From NCBI GenBank assembly GCA_964523795.1, contig CAZGAO010000009.1, positions 25,929-89,928 on the forward strand: a stretch of DNA of 64,000 nucleotides, written 5' to 3'. Numbering within the stretch: position 1 is the first letter of the stretch; the number at the start of each line of letters is the position of its first letter. The translations under genes were made by a program, and so were the position numbers. This stretch comes from an uncultured Lentimicrobiaceae bacterium. Lineage in GTDB: Bacteria; Bacteroidota; Bacteroidia; Bacteroidales; 4484-276. The notes beneath the pieces are model-generated. The model had not been told where the DNA came from. It saw only the letters and a list, made by a program, of their open reading frames with translations, and made no database searches. Of the stretch, positions 29,057-38,019 are shown piece after piece.

Positions 29057-29700
29057 ATAGAATTATCTACCCCGTTTACAATCTGGGGTCTGGAAGGCGG
29101 CTGGCCATCTGGGTGCAGGGCTGTAGCCTGGGCTGCCCGGGCTGCATCAACCCCGAGCTGTGGGATGCCACCAGGGGAAGAAAAGTGGAGGTTTTTGGAT
29201 TGGCACAGATGATACAGGAGATCGCGCATAATTTTGACGGGATTACGATTACCGGCGGCGAACCCTTCGACCAATACGAGGCACTCATGGTTTTTACCAG
29301 TTTTATCAAACAGGAAACCAGGCTTGATACCTTGGTTTTTTCGGGTTATACCCTGGCCGAATTACAATCCAAATTTCCGGATAACTTGTTTACTCGTGCC
29401 ATCAACTATTTGATCGATGGCCGCTACCAGCGCGATTTGCACGCGGATGATCAACTGCGTGGTTCTTCCAATCAGCAACTGTATCGTTTTTCAAAATCTT
29501 CCGCTAATGGTGCTGCTGATTATGCAAGGGACAGCAAAATAGAGCAGCTCGATTTTTGGAAAGCCACCGGACATTGGGCTTTAAAAATTGACGAGAACAA
29601 ACAAGCTTTTATGAGCGGTATTCCACGCCGCGACGACATGGAGTATTTGGCCAGACGCTTGGCCGATTCAGGAATTAAATTCGAAATCAAAAATGTATAA
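29041..29700 (+). CDS. Radical-SAM activating enzyme of the NrdG/PflA-like (4Fe-4S single-cluster) family
   Basis: GSGRRLAIWVQGCSLGCPGCINPELWD contains the CxxxCxxC cluster motif in the NrdG/PflA context; GITITGGEPF is the SAM-binding glycine-rich motif; 16-bp overlap with the AAA+ gene. Confidence 0.65.
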   Translation: MYWQLNRIIYPVYNLGSGRRLAIWVQGCSLGCPGCINPELWDATRGRKVEVFGLAQMIQEIAHNFDGITITGGEPFDQYEALMVFTSFIKQETRLDTLVFSGYTLAELQSKFPDNLFTRAINYLIDGRYQRDLHADDQLRGSSNQQLYRFSKSSANGAADYARDSKIEQLDFWKATGHWALKIDENKQAFMSGIPRRDDMEYLARRLADSGIKFEIKNV

Positions 29701-30316
29701 GATTAATTGCGATTATTGCTTTGAAAGCTATTTCTTTGAGAAGCTGGATGAAAAGCCAGCAGACTGCAAAAATTGTAACTCACCGCTCGATCACATCGAG
29801 CCGGAGCTGGTGGATGCGGAAAGCCCGGAGGTAGTTTTGGATGATCAGGATATAGTTCTCCGTTTTACCTATCAAAAAACCGGCGAGCGTATTAGCATTC
29901 CATTTAGCGATACCATAGTTCTGGGTCGCCAAAGTGCCGGCAAAAGTGTGTTTGAAAAAATTCCCCAGATCAGTCGCGAGCATTGCAAGATCGAGTTTAT
30001 CCACGGGCAATACCGGGTAACCGATTTAAATTCGCTCAATGGCACTTTCGTGGGCTCTTCACGCCGCGATTGCCTGAAACATCAAAAAGAAGTTTTGACG
30101 GATAACTCAGTGCTTTATCTGGGGCGTGAGCCTTTTTTGGTAAGTATTAACCTGGATGCGGCGAATACTAAAATCACGAAAAACCTTAGCGCGGCTGCTG
30201 ACGATTTCGATGCCCTTAGATTTAAGTGCAAAGCCTGCGGCAAAGTCCACGCGATGAACCTGATGATTTGCGATGAGTGCGGATCTTATGGTCAAATTGA
30301 ACCGCTCACCGATTAA
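29693..30316 (+). CDS. FHA-domain protein flanked by N- and C-terminal zinc-ribbon (CxxC...CxxC) motifs
   Basis: FHA core IVLGRQSAG...ISREHCKIEFIHGQYRVTDLNSLNGTFVG...NSVLYLG; CDYC..CKNC and CKACGKV..CDECG cysteine pairs; start overlaps the previous stop by 8 nt. Confidence 0.7.
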   Translation: MYKINCDYCFESYFFEKLDEKPADCKNCNSPLDHIEPELVDAESPEVVLDDQDIVLRFTYQKTGERISIPFSDTIVLGRQSAGKSVFEKIPQISREHCKIEFIHGQYRVTDLNSLNGTFVGSSRRDCLKHQKEVLTDNSVLYLGREPFLVSINLDAANTKITKNLSAAADDFDALRFKCKACGKVHAMNLMICDECGSYGQIEPLTD

Positions 30317-30371
30317 GTTTGTTGTGCCTCTGTAATTTTTAATTTTATAACCAGGAACCTTATTTAATTTC

Positions 30372-31043
30372 ATGTCAAATCATAAATCAGAAACTTTATC
30401 CAAAGCCATCACCGTGCAGAGCGTTCGCATGCTCACCGATTTTGCTTATGTATTAAAATTCGATCGCAAGCAAAGACCCTTCACCGCAGGGCAGCACGTT
30501 ATTTTGGGTATTAAAAACGAAAACAATGCCCGCGAATATTCGGTTTACAGCGGTGAGCACGACGATTATTTTGAAGTCCTGATAAAAGAGGTACTCGAAG
30601 GCGATGTTTCTAAGCGATTAAAAAAACTAAAGACCGGAAGCCAGTTGCAGATGGACGGGCCGCTGGGTTTTTTTAGCATAAAAGCATCCGATATCGAAAC
30701 TCAAAAATTTGTCTTCCTGGCCACAGGCTCGGGCATAGCGCCCTTCCGCAGCTTTGTGCGTTCCTATCCCAAGCTGGATTATACGCTTTTGCATGGCGTG
30801 CGATATGCCGGCGAAGCCTACGATCGTGAGGAGTATGACCCCGAGCGATATTTGCTTTGCACCACGGCGGACGAATCGGGCGACTTTCATGGCCGCATCA
30901 CCGATTATCTGCGCCAGCATGACATCGATACGCAGGCTCATTATTATCTTTGTGGCAACGTAAAAATGATTCACGAAGCCTTCGATATCCTTAAAGAAAA
31001 AAATGTGGCTCAGGAAAATATGCACGCCGAAGTTTATTTTTAG
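30372..31043 (+). CDS. Ferredoxin/flavodoxin-NADP(+) reductase-like FAD/NAD(P)-binding oxidoreductase (FNR family)
   Basis: REYSVYS (RxYS FAD motif), LATGSGIAPFRSF (NAD(P)-binding GxGxxP), about 220 aa, the size of Fpr-type reductases. Confidence 0.7.
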   Translation: MSNHKSETLSKAITVQSVRMLTDFAYVLKFDRKQRPFTAGQHVILGIKNENNAREYSVYSGEHDDYFEVLIKEVLEGDVSKRLKKLKTGSQLQMDGPLGFFSIKASDIETQKFVFLATGSGIAPFRSFVRSYPKLDYTLLHGVRYAGEAYDREEYDPERYLLCTTADESGDFHGRITDYLRQHDIDTQAHYYLCGNVKMIHEAFDILKEKNVAQENMHAEVYF

Positions 31044-31168
31044 CCTGACGTATTCATAAGTATTAGCTTTTGCAATATTTATGAATAGTACAGGCTAAGC
31101 CCAGATTAATAATTTCCCCTGTTTGCCGTTAGCTGTTTACAAATTTTACAAGAATTTAAAATCATAAC

Positions 31169-32518
31169 ATGAAATATCATCTTATTACCTTAGGATGCCA
31201 AATGAATATGTCGGACAGCGAGCGTGTGCGCACCATCATCGAAACGCAAACAGGCTACCAGTGGACCGACCATGAAGACGAAGCCAACCTGGTAGGTATT
31301 CTGGCCTGCTCGGTACGGCAAAAGGCCATCGACAAAGTGTATTCGCGTATCCAGAAATGGAACAAATGGAAAAACCATAAAAGCCTTATTACCTTTATCT
31401 CGGGCTGCATCCTGCCCAACGACATGGAAAAATTCCTCAAATTGTTTGATATTGTTTTTAGGATGAGCGAGCTGGAAAAACTGCCCGAGATGATCAGACA
31501 TTATGGGGTGGTAACGCCGGCAGCGCTTTTTACTGACCTTGATGGCATGCCCGGCAACGATAGCATTGATAGTTTTTGGAAGGTTAATCCGCATTACAGC
31601 TCCGATTACGAAGCCTTTGTGCCCATTCAAAATGGCTGTGATAAGTTTTGCACTTTTTGTGCTGTGCCCTACACTCGTGGCCGGGAGGTTTCCAGGCCAT
31701 CCGGCGAAATTATTTCGGAAGTGCAAAGGCTTGTCGAAGAGGGTTATAAATCCTTAACCCTGCTTGGGCAAAACGTTAATTCGTATGGTCTGGATAAAAA
31801 GGGCGAAGAAATTAGTTTTCCACAATTGCTGGGTGCGATTGGCGAAATGGGCATAAAATCCGGAAAGAAGTTCTGGCTTTATTTTACCTCGCCTCATCCG
31901 CGCGATATGACCGATGAGGTAATCGAAATGGTGGCAAATTACGATTGCCTGGCCAAGCAAATCCATCTACCTATTCAATCGGGCGACGACAAGGTGCTGA
32001 TAAAAATGAACCGCAAACATACCGTGGACAGATACCGCCAAATTATGGATACCATCCGGCGATTGATTCCCCAGGCCACGGTGTTTACTGATATTATCGT
32101 GGGCTTTACTGGCGAAACAGACGAGGCTTTTGAGAATACACGCAAGATTATTCACGAGTTTAAATACAACATGGCCTACATCGCCCAATACTCCGTTAGG
32201 CCGGGAGCTACCAGTTCGCGGTGGGCCGACGATGTGCCCAAAGAAGTAAAAAGCACCCGCTTTCATCAGTTGAGCCAGGATTTGCGCATGCATACCGCTG
32301 TTCATAATCAGCAAATGATTGGGCAGCAATACACCGTTTTAGTTACCGGCTCCGATCGCAAGGAAGGTTATCTTTCGGCACTCACCGAAGGGAAGATCGT
32401 TTGCCGTTTTGCCAGCGATGACCTGAGTTTAATAGGTAAGTTTGTGGATATTACCATCATCTCGTCCACCGATTTCTCCGTCGAAGGGCAAATGGTAAAG
32501 CAGCCTGCAGGGGTTTAG
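31169..32518 (+). CDS. miaB: tRNA-2-methylthio-N6-dimethylallyladenosine synthase (radical-SAM methylthiotransferase MiaB)
   Basis: N-terminal LITLGCQMN (MTTase cluster), CDKFCTFCAVPYTRG radical-SAM motif, C-terminal TRAM-like domain. Confidence 0.8.
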   Translation: MKYHLITLGCQMNMSDSERVRTIIETQTGYQWTDHEDEANLVGILACSVRQKAIDKVYSRIQKWNKWKNHKSLITFISGCILPNDMEKFLKLFDIVFRMSELEKLPEMIRHYGVVTPAALFTDLDGMPGNDSIDSFWKVNPHYSSDYEAFVPIQNGCDKFCTFCAVPYTRGREVSRPSGEIISEVQRLVEEGYKSLTLLGQNVNSYGLDKKGEEISFPQLLGAIGEMGIKSGKKFWLYFTSPHPRDMTDEVIEMVANYDCLAKQIHLPIQSGDDKVLIKMNRKHTVDRYRQIMDTIRRLIPQATVFTDIIVGFTGETDEAFENTRKIIHEFKYNMAYIAQYSVRPGATSSRWADDVPKEVKSTRFHQLSQDLRMHTAVHNQQMIGQQYTVLVTGSDRKEGYLSALTEGKIVCRFASDDLSLIGKFVDITIISSTDFSVEGQMVKQPAGV

Positions 32519-32618
32519 GAAATTATCATTTGCTTTATAGATTTCTACCAACATTCCCTTTCTATTGCATACTTCCGTTTTTTGTTTCTTTGTTTTTATT
32601 TATAAATGAATTTACAAA

Positions 32619-34259
32619 ATGAACAAAATATTTACGCTAACCTTCCTCGTAATAATTTCTGTCAATGCCTTTGGGCAGGATATGTACTTCCCTCCTGAGT
32701 TTGAAAAACAGGAAGGCCTGCTGCTTACCTGGGATTACAACGATAGTCGCAACCCAATTACCGCAGCCATTGCCAAAGCCGTTCAGCCCTCCGCAAGGGT
32801 TTGGGTAATTTACTATCCCGGCACAGCTCCCATGGATACCACCGAAATTCGCGACTATTTGCGTAATCATAGTGTGCCCGATGCAAACGTTTTCCTCATC
32901 CCAGCCTGGACCGAAACCCTTTGGATACGCGATTACGGCCCTTTCGCCGGTTACAATTTGGAGGTTTCTTCGCCCGAAAGGCTATTCTTCGATGCCGGTT
33001 ACTCCAACTACGGCCGACCTAACGATGATGCCATCCCCACGCAGTTGGGCGACTTAATGAATATCGCTGTCCAGGATTTCCCCTTGCAGTTTGAAGGTGG
33101 CAATGTGCTGACCGATGGCCTGGGCCGTGCCTGGGGCAGCACCCGGATATTTTCGCAAAACCCCCAGATGACCCCAAAAGAAGTGGAAGTAATGATGGAA
33201 TCCTATTTTGGTATTGATGATATGATGTTTTTGGAGGCAGTGGTGAACAGCGGCGGTGGAATTTGGTGCCACGTGGATATGTTTATGAAAATCCTGGACA
33301 GCGAAACTATCATGATTTCAGAATATCCCGATTTTGTTCCCGATTACGCGCTCATCGAATCCTTTGTGGATACGCTCTCCAAAATGACAAATGCCAACGG
33401 GCGAGCCTATCAGATTGTGCGAATTCCCGCACCTCCCAAAGCCAATGGCCAATGGGCTACAAGTCAAAACGATGAGATGCGCACCTACACCAATTCCATT
33501 ATTATCAACGATGTGGTGGTAGTGCCGTCGTACGATTTACCGATTTACGACAGCCTGGCCTTTCAAATTTACAGTGAGCAGATGCCCGGTTATCGCATCG
33601 AAATGGTAGAAGCGGTCGAGCTAACGCCACTTTATGGATCCTTGCATTGCATCTCGAAAGAGGTAACGAAAGCTGATTTTTTAAAAATCAATCATGCAAA
33701 GCTGTGCGGAATGAAGGATTATACCGATCCTTTTTTTATAGAAACTGAAATATGGACGGATGGCCAGCCCGATTCTGCCTTTGTGTTTTACAAAACTTTG
33801 GGAGAGCCAAATTTTAATAAAACCGCCCTCACAGCTTCCGGTGATGTTTTTAAGGCCGCCCTCGCCAACATCGAGTACCGCGATACCATCACTTATTTTC
33901 TTTCTGTTTTTAAAGCTGGAGATCAAACGAACTTCCCCACCCAGGGTGCTGGCGGAGCTTACACTTTTTGGTTTGACCCATCGGTGGATATCCGCGAAAG
34001 CGTGTTGTCGAATAACGAAACTTTTGATGTTTTCCCCAATCCTGCTTCTCAGGCATTTTCGATAGGCCTTAGTTTGGATGACTTTCCATATCACTTAGAT
34101 ATTTTCAATGCGATGGGTAAATCGGTTTTCCAAGCAGCAATTCTGCAAAATTATCAATTCATACCAGTAGCAACTAATTTGCCAAATGGCCTTTATTATT
34201 TGCAATTGCAAAAAGATGCCAGGATTTTAGGTCGTCAAAAATTATTGATAATAAAATAA
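32619..34259 (+). CDS. Agmatine deiminase / Porphyromonas-type peptidylarginine deiminase (PAD_porph) family enzyme with C-terminal T9SS sorting domain
   Basis: WIRDYGPF, FEGGNVLTDGLGRAWGS, catalytic GSLHCISKEV; signal peptide; C-terminal DVFPNPASQAFSIGL...LYYLQLQKDARILGRQKLLIIK is a T9SS CTD. Confidence 0.7.
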   Translation: MNKIFTLTFLVIISVNAFGQDMYFPPEFEKQEGLLLTWDYNDSRNPITAAIAKAVQPSARVWVIYYPGTAPMDTTEIRDYLRNHSVPDANVFLIPAWTETLWIRDYGPFAGYNLEVSSPERLFFDAGYSNYGRPNDDAIPTQLGDLMNIAVQDFPLQFEGGNVLTDGLGRAWGSTRIFSQNPQMTPKEVEVMMESYFGIDDMMFLEAVVNSGGGIWCHVDMFMKILDSETIMISEYPDFVPDYALIESFVDTLSKMTNANGRAYQIVRIPAPPKANGQWATSQNDEMRTYTNSIIINDVVVVPSYDLPIYDSLAFQIYSEQMPGYRIEMVEAVELTPLYGSLHCISKEVTKADFLKINHAKLCGMKDYTDPFFIETEIWTDGQPDSAFVFYKTLGEPNFNKTALTASGDVFKAALANIEYRDTITYFLSVFKAGDQTNFPTQGAGGAYTFWFDPSVDIRESVLSNNETFDVFPNPASQAFSIGLSLDDFPYHLDIFNAMGKSVFQAAILQNYQFIPVATNLPNGLYYLQLQKDARILGRQKLLIIK

Positions 34260-34261
34260 GA

Positions 34262-34942
34262 ATGCCCGTTTATCAACTCACCGATGATCTGATTTTTCCC
34301 TCGCCTATGTTGTCCGAGCCGGACGGCCTGCTTGCTATTGATGGCGATCTTTCTACGGACAGGCTTTTGCTGGCTTATGCCAATGGGATTTTTCCCTGGT
34401 ACGACCAAGACTCGCCCATTATGTGGTGGTCGCCCGGGCCGCGCATGGTGCTCTATCCTGATAAGTTGAAAGTTTCTAAATCTTTAGCCCAAACTATACG
34501 CAACAAAGGTTATTCGGTGGCTTTTGATACTAATTTTGCCGGAGTGATTGCACAATGCGCCACAGCAAATCGCCCCGATCAGGATGGAACCTGGATTACT
34601 ACTGAAATGCAAGAGGCCTACATTGGCCTGCACAACGAAGGATTTGCGCATTCGGTAGAAATTTATCACGAAAAAACACTGGTCGGTGGGCTTTACGGTG
34701 TATCTTTGGGGCGTATTTTTTTTGGCGAATCCATGTTTCACAATAAGCGTGATGCTTCAAAGGCAGCCTTGTATTATTTAGTTAAGAAACTGAAGGCATG
34801 GGATTTTGATTTGATTGATGCCCAGCAAAACACCGGGCATATTAGAAGTATGGGAGGAGAATTGATGGATAAGTCCGTTTTTCTGAATATTTTAAAAAAA
34901 TCTTTAAAAGCCCCAACAATACGCGGAAAGTGGAGTTTGTAG
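34262..34942 (+). CDS. aat: Leucyl/phenylalanyl-tRNA--protein transferase
   Basis: Full-length colinearity with Aat (GIFPWY..PIMWWSPGPRMVL..EGFAHSVEIYHEKTLVGGLYGVSLGRIFFGESMF). Confidence 0.85.
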   Translation: MPVYQLTDDLIFPSPMLSEPDGLLAIDGDLSTDRLLLAYANGIFPWYDQDSPIMWWSPGPRMVLYPDKLKVSKSLAQTIRNKGYSVAFDTNFAGVIAQCATANRPDQDGTWITTEMQEAYIGLHNEGFAHSVEIYHEKTLVGGLYGVSLGRIFFGESMFHNKRDASKAALYYLVKKLKAWDFDLIDAQQNTGHIRSMGGELMDKSVFLNILKKSLKAPTIRGKWSL

Positions 34943-35018
34943 TACGAAATTGAAATTGCCTTGAAAAATCGAGAAATATTAATACACAAATATTACTTAC
35001 AATAATAAGATCAAGAAT

Positions 35019-35396
35019 ATGAGTTTTGAAATTACAGGAAAGTTAATCGAGAAATTTGAAGCACAACAGGTAACCGACCGTTTCAGGAAACGGGAATTTG
35101 TGCTCGAAACCCGTGAAAATGTGGGCACATCAGAGTTTGTTGAAACCATCAAATTCCAGCTTACACAGGATCGCTGCGATTTGATAGATGCCATTAATTT
35201 AGGTGAGGATGTAAAAGTATCCTTCAATGTTCGAGGACGGCGCTGGGAGAAAAATGGTCAGGTGAGTTATTTTAACAACCTTGAGGCCTGGAAAGCTGAG
35301 AAAAAACAAGCGAACGACCAGCCTCACGACATGCCGCCACCACCTTCGGAAGCGGATATCCCAGCCGAAGAACCCACCGATGATCTGCCTTTTTAA
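35019..35396 (+). CDS. DUF3127-family small protein
   Basis: MSFEITGKLIEKFEAQQVTDRFRKREFVLE... resembles the Bacteroidota DUF3127 family; acidic C-terminal tail. Confidence 0.4.
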   Translation: MSFEITGKLIEKFEAQQVTDRFRKREFVLETRENVGTSEFVETIKFQLTQDRCDLIDAINLGEDVKVSFNVRGRRWEKNGQVSYFNNLEAWKAEKKQANDQPHDMPPPPSEADIPAEEPTDDLPF

Positions 35397-35414
35397 TACA
35401 CTAATGCCTATCGG

Positions 35415-36905
35415 ATGAATACACCAGAAAAAGATAAACGCGAGGATGAAGCCGGGAAAAAACAGCCGGAAAGAAATCAAAACAACGATAATCGCTCGAA
35501 TGAGGCCGGAGAGCGAAGGCCTGAGAAAAGTCGGAGCCGGAGCAAACCTGACGACGAAGGAAAGCTGGCACAGGTAAAACCCCAAAATACCGGGAATAGT
35601 AATGCCGATACCGGGAATCCTAAGCCCCAAAACACCGGGAATGTCGAGCCAGATCCAGGCAAGCCAAAACCTCAGAATAGACGGAGAAACCGACGACCCG
35701 CTAATAAGTCCCAAAAGCCTCAACCAAAACAGGAGCAGGGGAATAGCGGTAGCACTGATGAGCCTGGAACTCCTGCCCCTGCAAAAAAGCAAAATCAGGA
35801 AGCTCGCAGGAATGAAGCCGGAAAGGTTTCCCCCGAGCTAAAACAAAATAGCGACAAAGCCGAAAAAGACGGCCAAAAGCCTCTGCCTGCTAAAAATCAG
35901 AGCAGAGGGCGTGGGAGACGCAGGCCTGCTAAGCCCACATCCGAAACGGATATCAATAAAACCCGGAAAAATAGTAATCCTGATAAGTCTTCACCTGAGG
36001 CCAAGCCAAACCAGGACAGGCGAAACAGTAATACGCCAAAGCCTTCTTCCGAAAAAAATCAAAATCGGAACCAGCGAAATGTTGAGACCAAGCCCTCAAC
36101 GGATAAAAGACAATCGAACGATCGGCGGAATCAGCGACCTGGAAAACCACCGTCCCAACAAATGAAAGGCAGAAGCAGGCGCGATAATGAGCCAAGACAA
36201 GTGGGGCTGCCCGAGAAAAAAACGGCCAATATTAATCGTAACAAAAGAGCAGTGGTATTTGGAGCAAGCGGACTAACGGGCACAAGCCTGGTAAAACAAC
36301 TCCTCGACCATCCATTCTACCGCGAGGTGATAGCCGTTAATCGCAAGCCTTTAAAATTTGATAATCCGCACTACAAAGAGTTTATTTCCGACTTATCCGA
36401 TTTGGATAAACTGGATGTGTGGACAAAAACCGATGAGGTGTATTGCTGCCTGGGTACCACCATCAAAAAAGCAGGAAGTAAAGTCAACTTTACAAAGGTG
36501 GATTTGGATTTGCCCGTAAAAATAGGAGAGGCCTGCCAGAAAGCGAAGATTCCACACTTACTCATAGTATCCTCGATTGGAGCAAAGGCACAGACCGGGA
36601 ATTTCTATCTGCGCACCAAAGGCGAAATGGAAAGGGCGATAATAGCGATGGACATCGCTCAAAAAACCATGGTACGACCTTCGATGCTTTTGGGCGATCG
36701 CCAGGAATCACGACCCTCAGAATCTGTCGGCAAAATGGTGATGAAAATCCTTAAACCCTTGATGCTTGGCCCATTGAAAAAATATCGTGGAATTCAAGCG
36801 GGTACAGTGGCTCAGGCCATGATAATCATTGCCAACAGCACACCCACAGCAAGGGTGGTTTTCGAATCGGATGAGCTACAGGAAATTGTGGATGGCGAAT
36901 CCTAA
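35415..36905 (+). CDS. NAD(P)H-binding (atypical SDR/HTATIP2-like) domain protein with about 270-aa highly basic low-complexity N-terminal extension
   Basis: C-terminal AVVFGASGLTGTSLVKQLL (Rossmann GxxGxxG) matches NAD(P)-bd domain proteins; the N-terminal 270 aa are K/R/P/Q/N-rich with KPQNTGN-type repeats. Confidence 0.6.
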   Translation: MNTPEKDKREDEAGKKQPERNQNNDNRSNEAGERRPEKSRSRSKPDDEGKLAQVKPQNTGNSNADTGNPKPQNTGNVEPDPGKPKPQNRRRNRRPANKSQKPQPKQEQGNSGSTDEPGTPAPAKKQNQEARRNEAGKVSPELKQNSDKAEKDGQKPLPAKNQSRGRGRRRPAKPTSETDINKTRKNSNPDKSSPEAKPNQDRRNSNTPKPSSEKNQNRNQRNVETKPSTDKRQSNDRRNQRPGKPPSQQMKGRSRRDNEPRQVGLPEKKTANINRNKRAVVFGASGLTGTSLVKQLLDHPFYREVIAVNRKPLKFDNPHYKEFISDLSDLDKLDVWTKTDEVYCCLGTTIKKAGSKVNFTKVDLDLPVKIGEACQKAKIPHLLIVSSIGAKAQTGNFYLRTKGEMERAIIAMDIAQKTMVRPSMLLGDRQESRPSESVGKMVMKILKPLMLGPLKKYRGIQAGTVAQAMIIIANSTPTARVVFESDELQEIVDGES

Positions 36906-36971
36906 AAAACCCTTTTTATCCAATCAAGAGATTTTTAATTATTAATAGAAATATCCAAAAAATACATCAAC

Positions 36972-37565
36972 ATGCCATATTTAGTTTTGGATTTGGAGAT
37001 GACCGGCCCCGAGCCTGATTACAACGAAATTATCCAGATTGGAGCCGAGATATTTAACGATGAGTGGGAAAAGAAGGGCGACTATCTTACGAATGTTTAT
37101 CCCGAAAACGAAGATGCTTATTCCGGCCACTCCGAGGCCATTCATGGTATAGCCCTCGACGAATTGGATGAGGCACCGATGATGCACGAGGTCTTGCCAG
37201 AGTTCGAGGCCTGGATACGCAAAAGCCTGTACTGGCCGCGCGATGAAAAATTGTGGAAGGTCATTATCTGCGGGCAAAGCGTAATTAACGACATCAATTT
37301 TTTGAGCTATGCCTACAAAAAGGAAAAACTGAAATGGCCTTTTTCCTTTCAACTACTGGATTTGCATACCATTTCCTATTATGGTTTTAAAATATTGCAA
37401 AACAACGGCCAGCCAGTTCCCAAGTCTTTAAGCCTCGACAGCGTGGCCAAATATTTTGGCTTTGCCCGCGAAGGCGACACGCACAATGCGCTGGAAGATG
37501 CCAGGCTTACGGCAAAGTGCATGAAAGCGTTTTTCGACCTTGGTCAAAATCTGCAAATTAAATAG
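36972..37565 (+). CDS. DEDDh 3'-5' exonuclease (DnaQ-like) domain protein
   Basis: LVLDLEMTGPEP (Exo I DxE), HSEAIHGI, H..ALEDARLTAK (Exo III) motifs. Confidence 0.6.
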   Translation: MPYLVLDLEMTGPEPDYNEIIQIGAEIFNDEWEKKGDYLTNVYPENEDAYSGHSEAIHGIALDELDEAPMMHEVLPEFEAWIRKSLYWPRDEKLWKVIICGQSVINDINFLSYAYKKEKLKWPFSFQLLDLHTISYYGFKILQNNGQPVPKSLSLDSVAKYFGFAREGDTHNALEDARLTAKCMKAFFDLGQNLQIK

Positions 37566-37573
37566 TGCCTGCC

Positions 37574-37957
37574 ATGACTGCTGGAGTTCGCGTTGATAAA
37601 TGGTTATGGGCCGTCAGAGCTTTTAAAACCCGAAGCATGGCCACCGATGCCTGCCGTTCGGGCAGGGTTACCATCGACGGACAAGCAGTGAAGCCCTCCC
37701 GCGAGGCAAAGATTGATGATGAGATAAAGTTTGTGGTAGGCTCGCACTTTACCCGCACTTTAAAAGTGATTCAGCTATTGAGCAATAGGGTAGGAGCCAG
37801 GCTGGTTGCCGATTATGCCGATGATATTACGCCACAGTCAGAGCACGACCGACTGAAAAGCTATAACGAAATGAATTGGGAGCGGCGCGACCGGGGTGTC
37901 GGCAGGCCAACTAAAAAAGAACGCCGCGATATCGAAAGATTGAAAGAATCGGATTAG
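37574..37957 (+). CDS. hslR: Ribosome-associated heat-shock protein Hsp15 (S4 RNA-binding domain)
   Basis: VRVDKWLWAVRAFKTRSMA... and C-terminal KKERRDIERLK match HslR; ATG at 37574 preferred over the GTG at 37565 given by the ORF track. Confidence 0.7.
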   Translation: MTAGVRVDKWLWAVRAFKTRSMATDACRSGRVTIDGQAVKPSREAKIDDEIKFVVGSHFTRTLKVIQLLSNRVGARLVADYADDITPQSEHDRLKSYNEMNWERRDRGVGRPTKKERRDIERLKESD

Positions 37958-38019
37958 CATGGCTTTGGTCAACTGATGAATGCTTCTTGTACTTTTTGTA
38001 TCATTAATACTTTTGAAAA

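Noticed and set aside
35199-35792. 197-aa minus-strand ORF
   Set aside because: Antisense reading of the low-complexity basic-tail coding repeats of the 35415-36905 gene; a compositional artefact.
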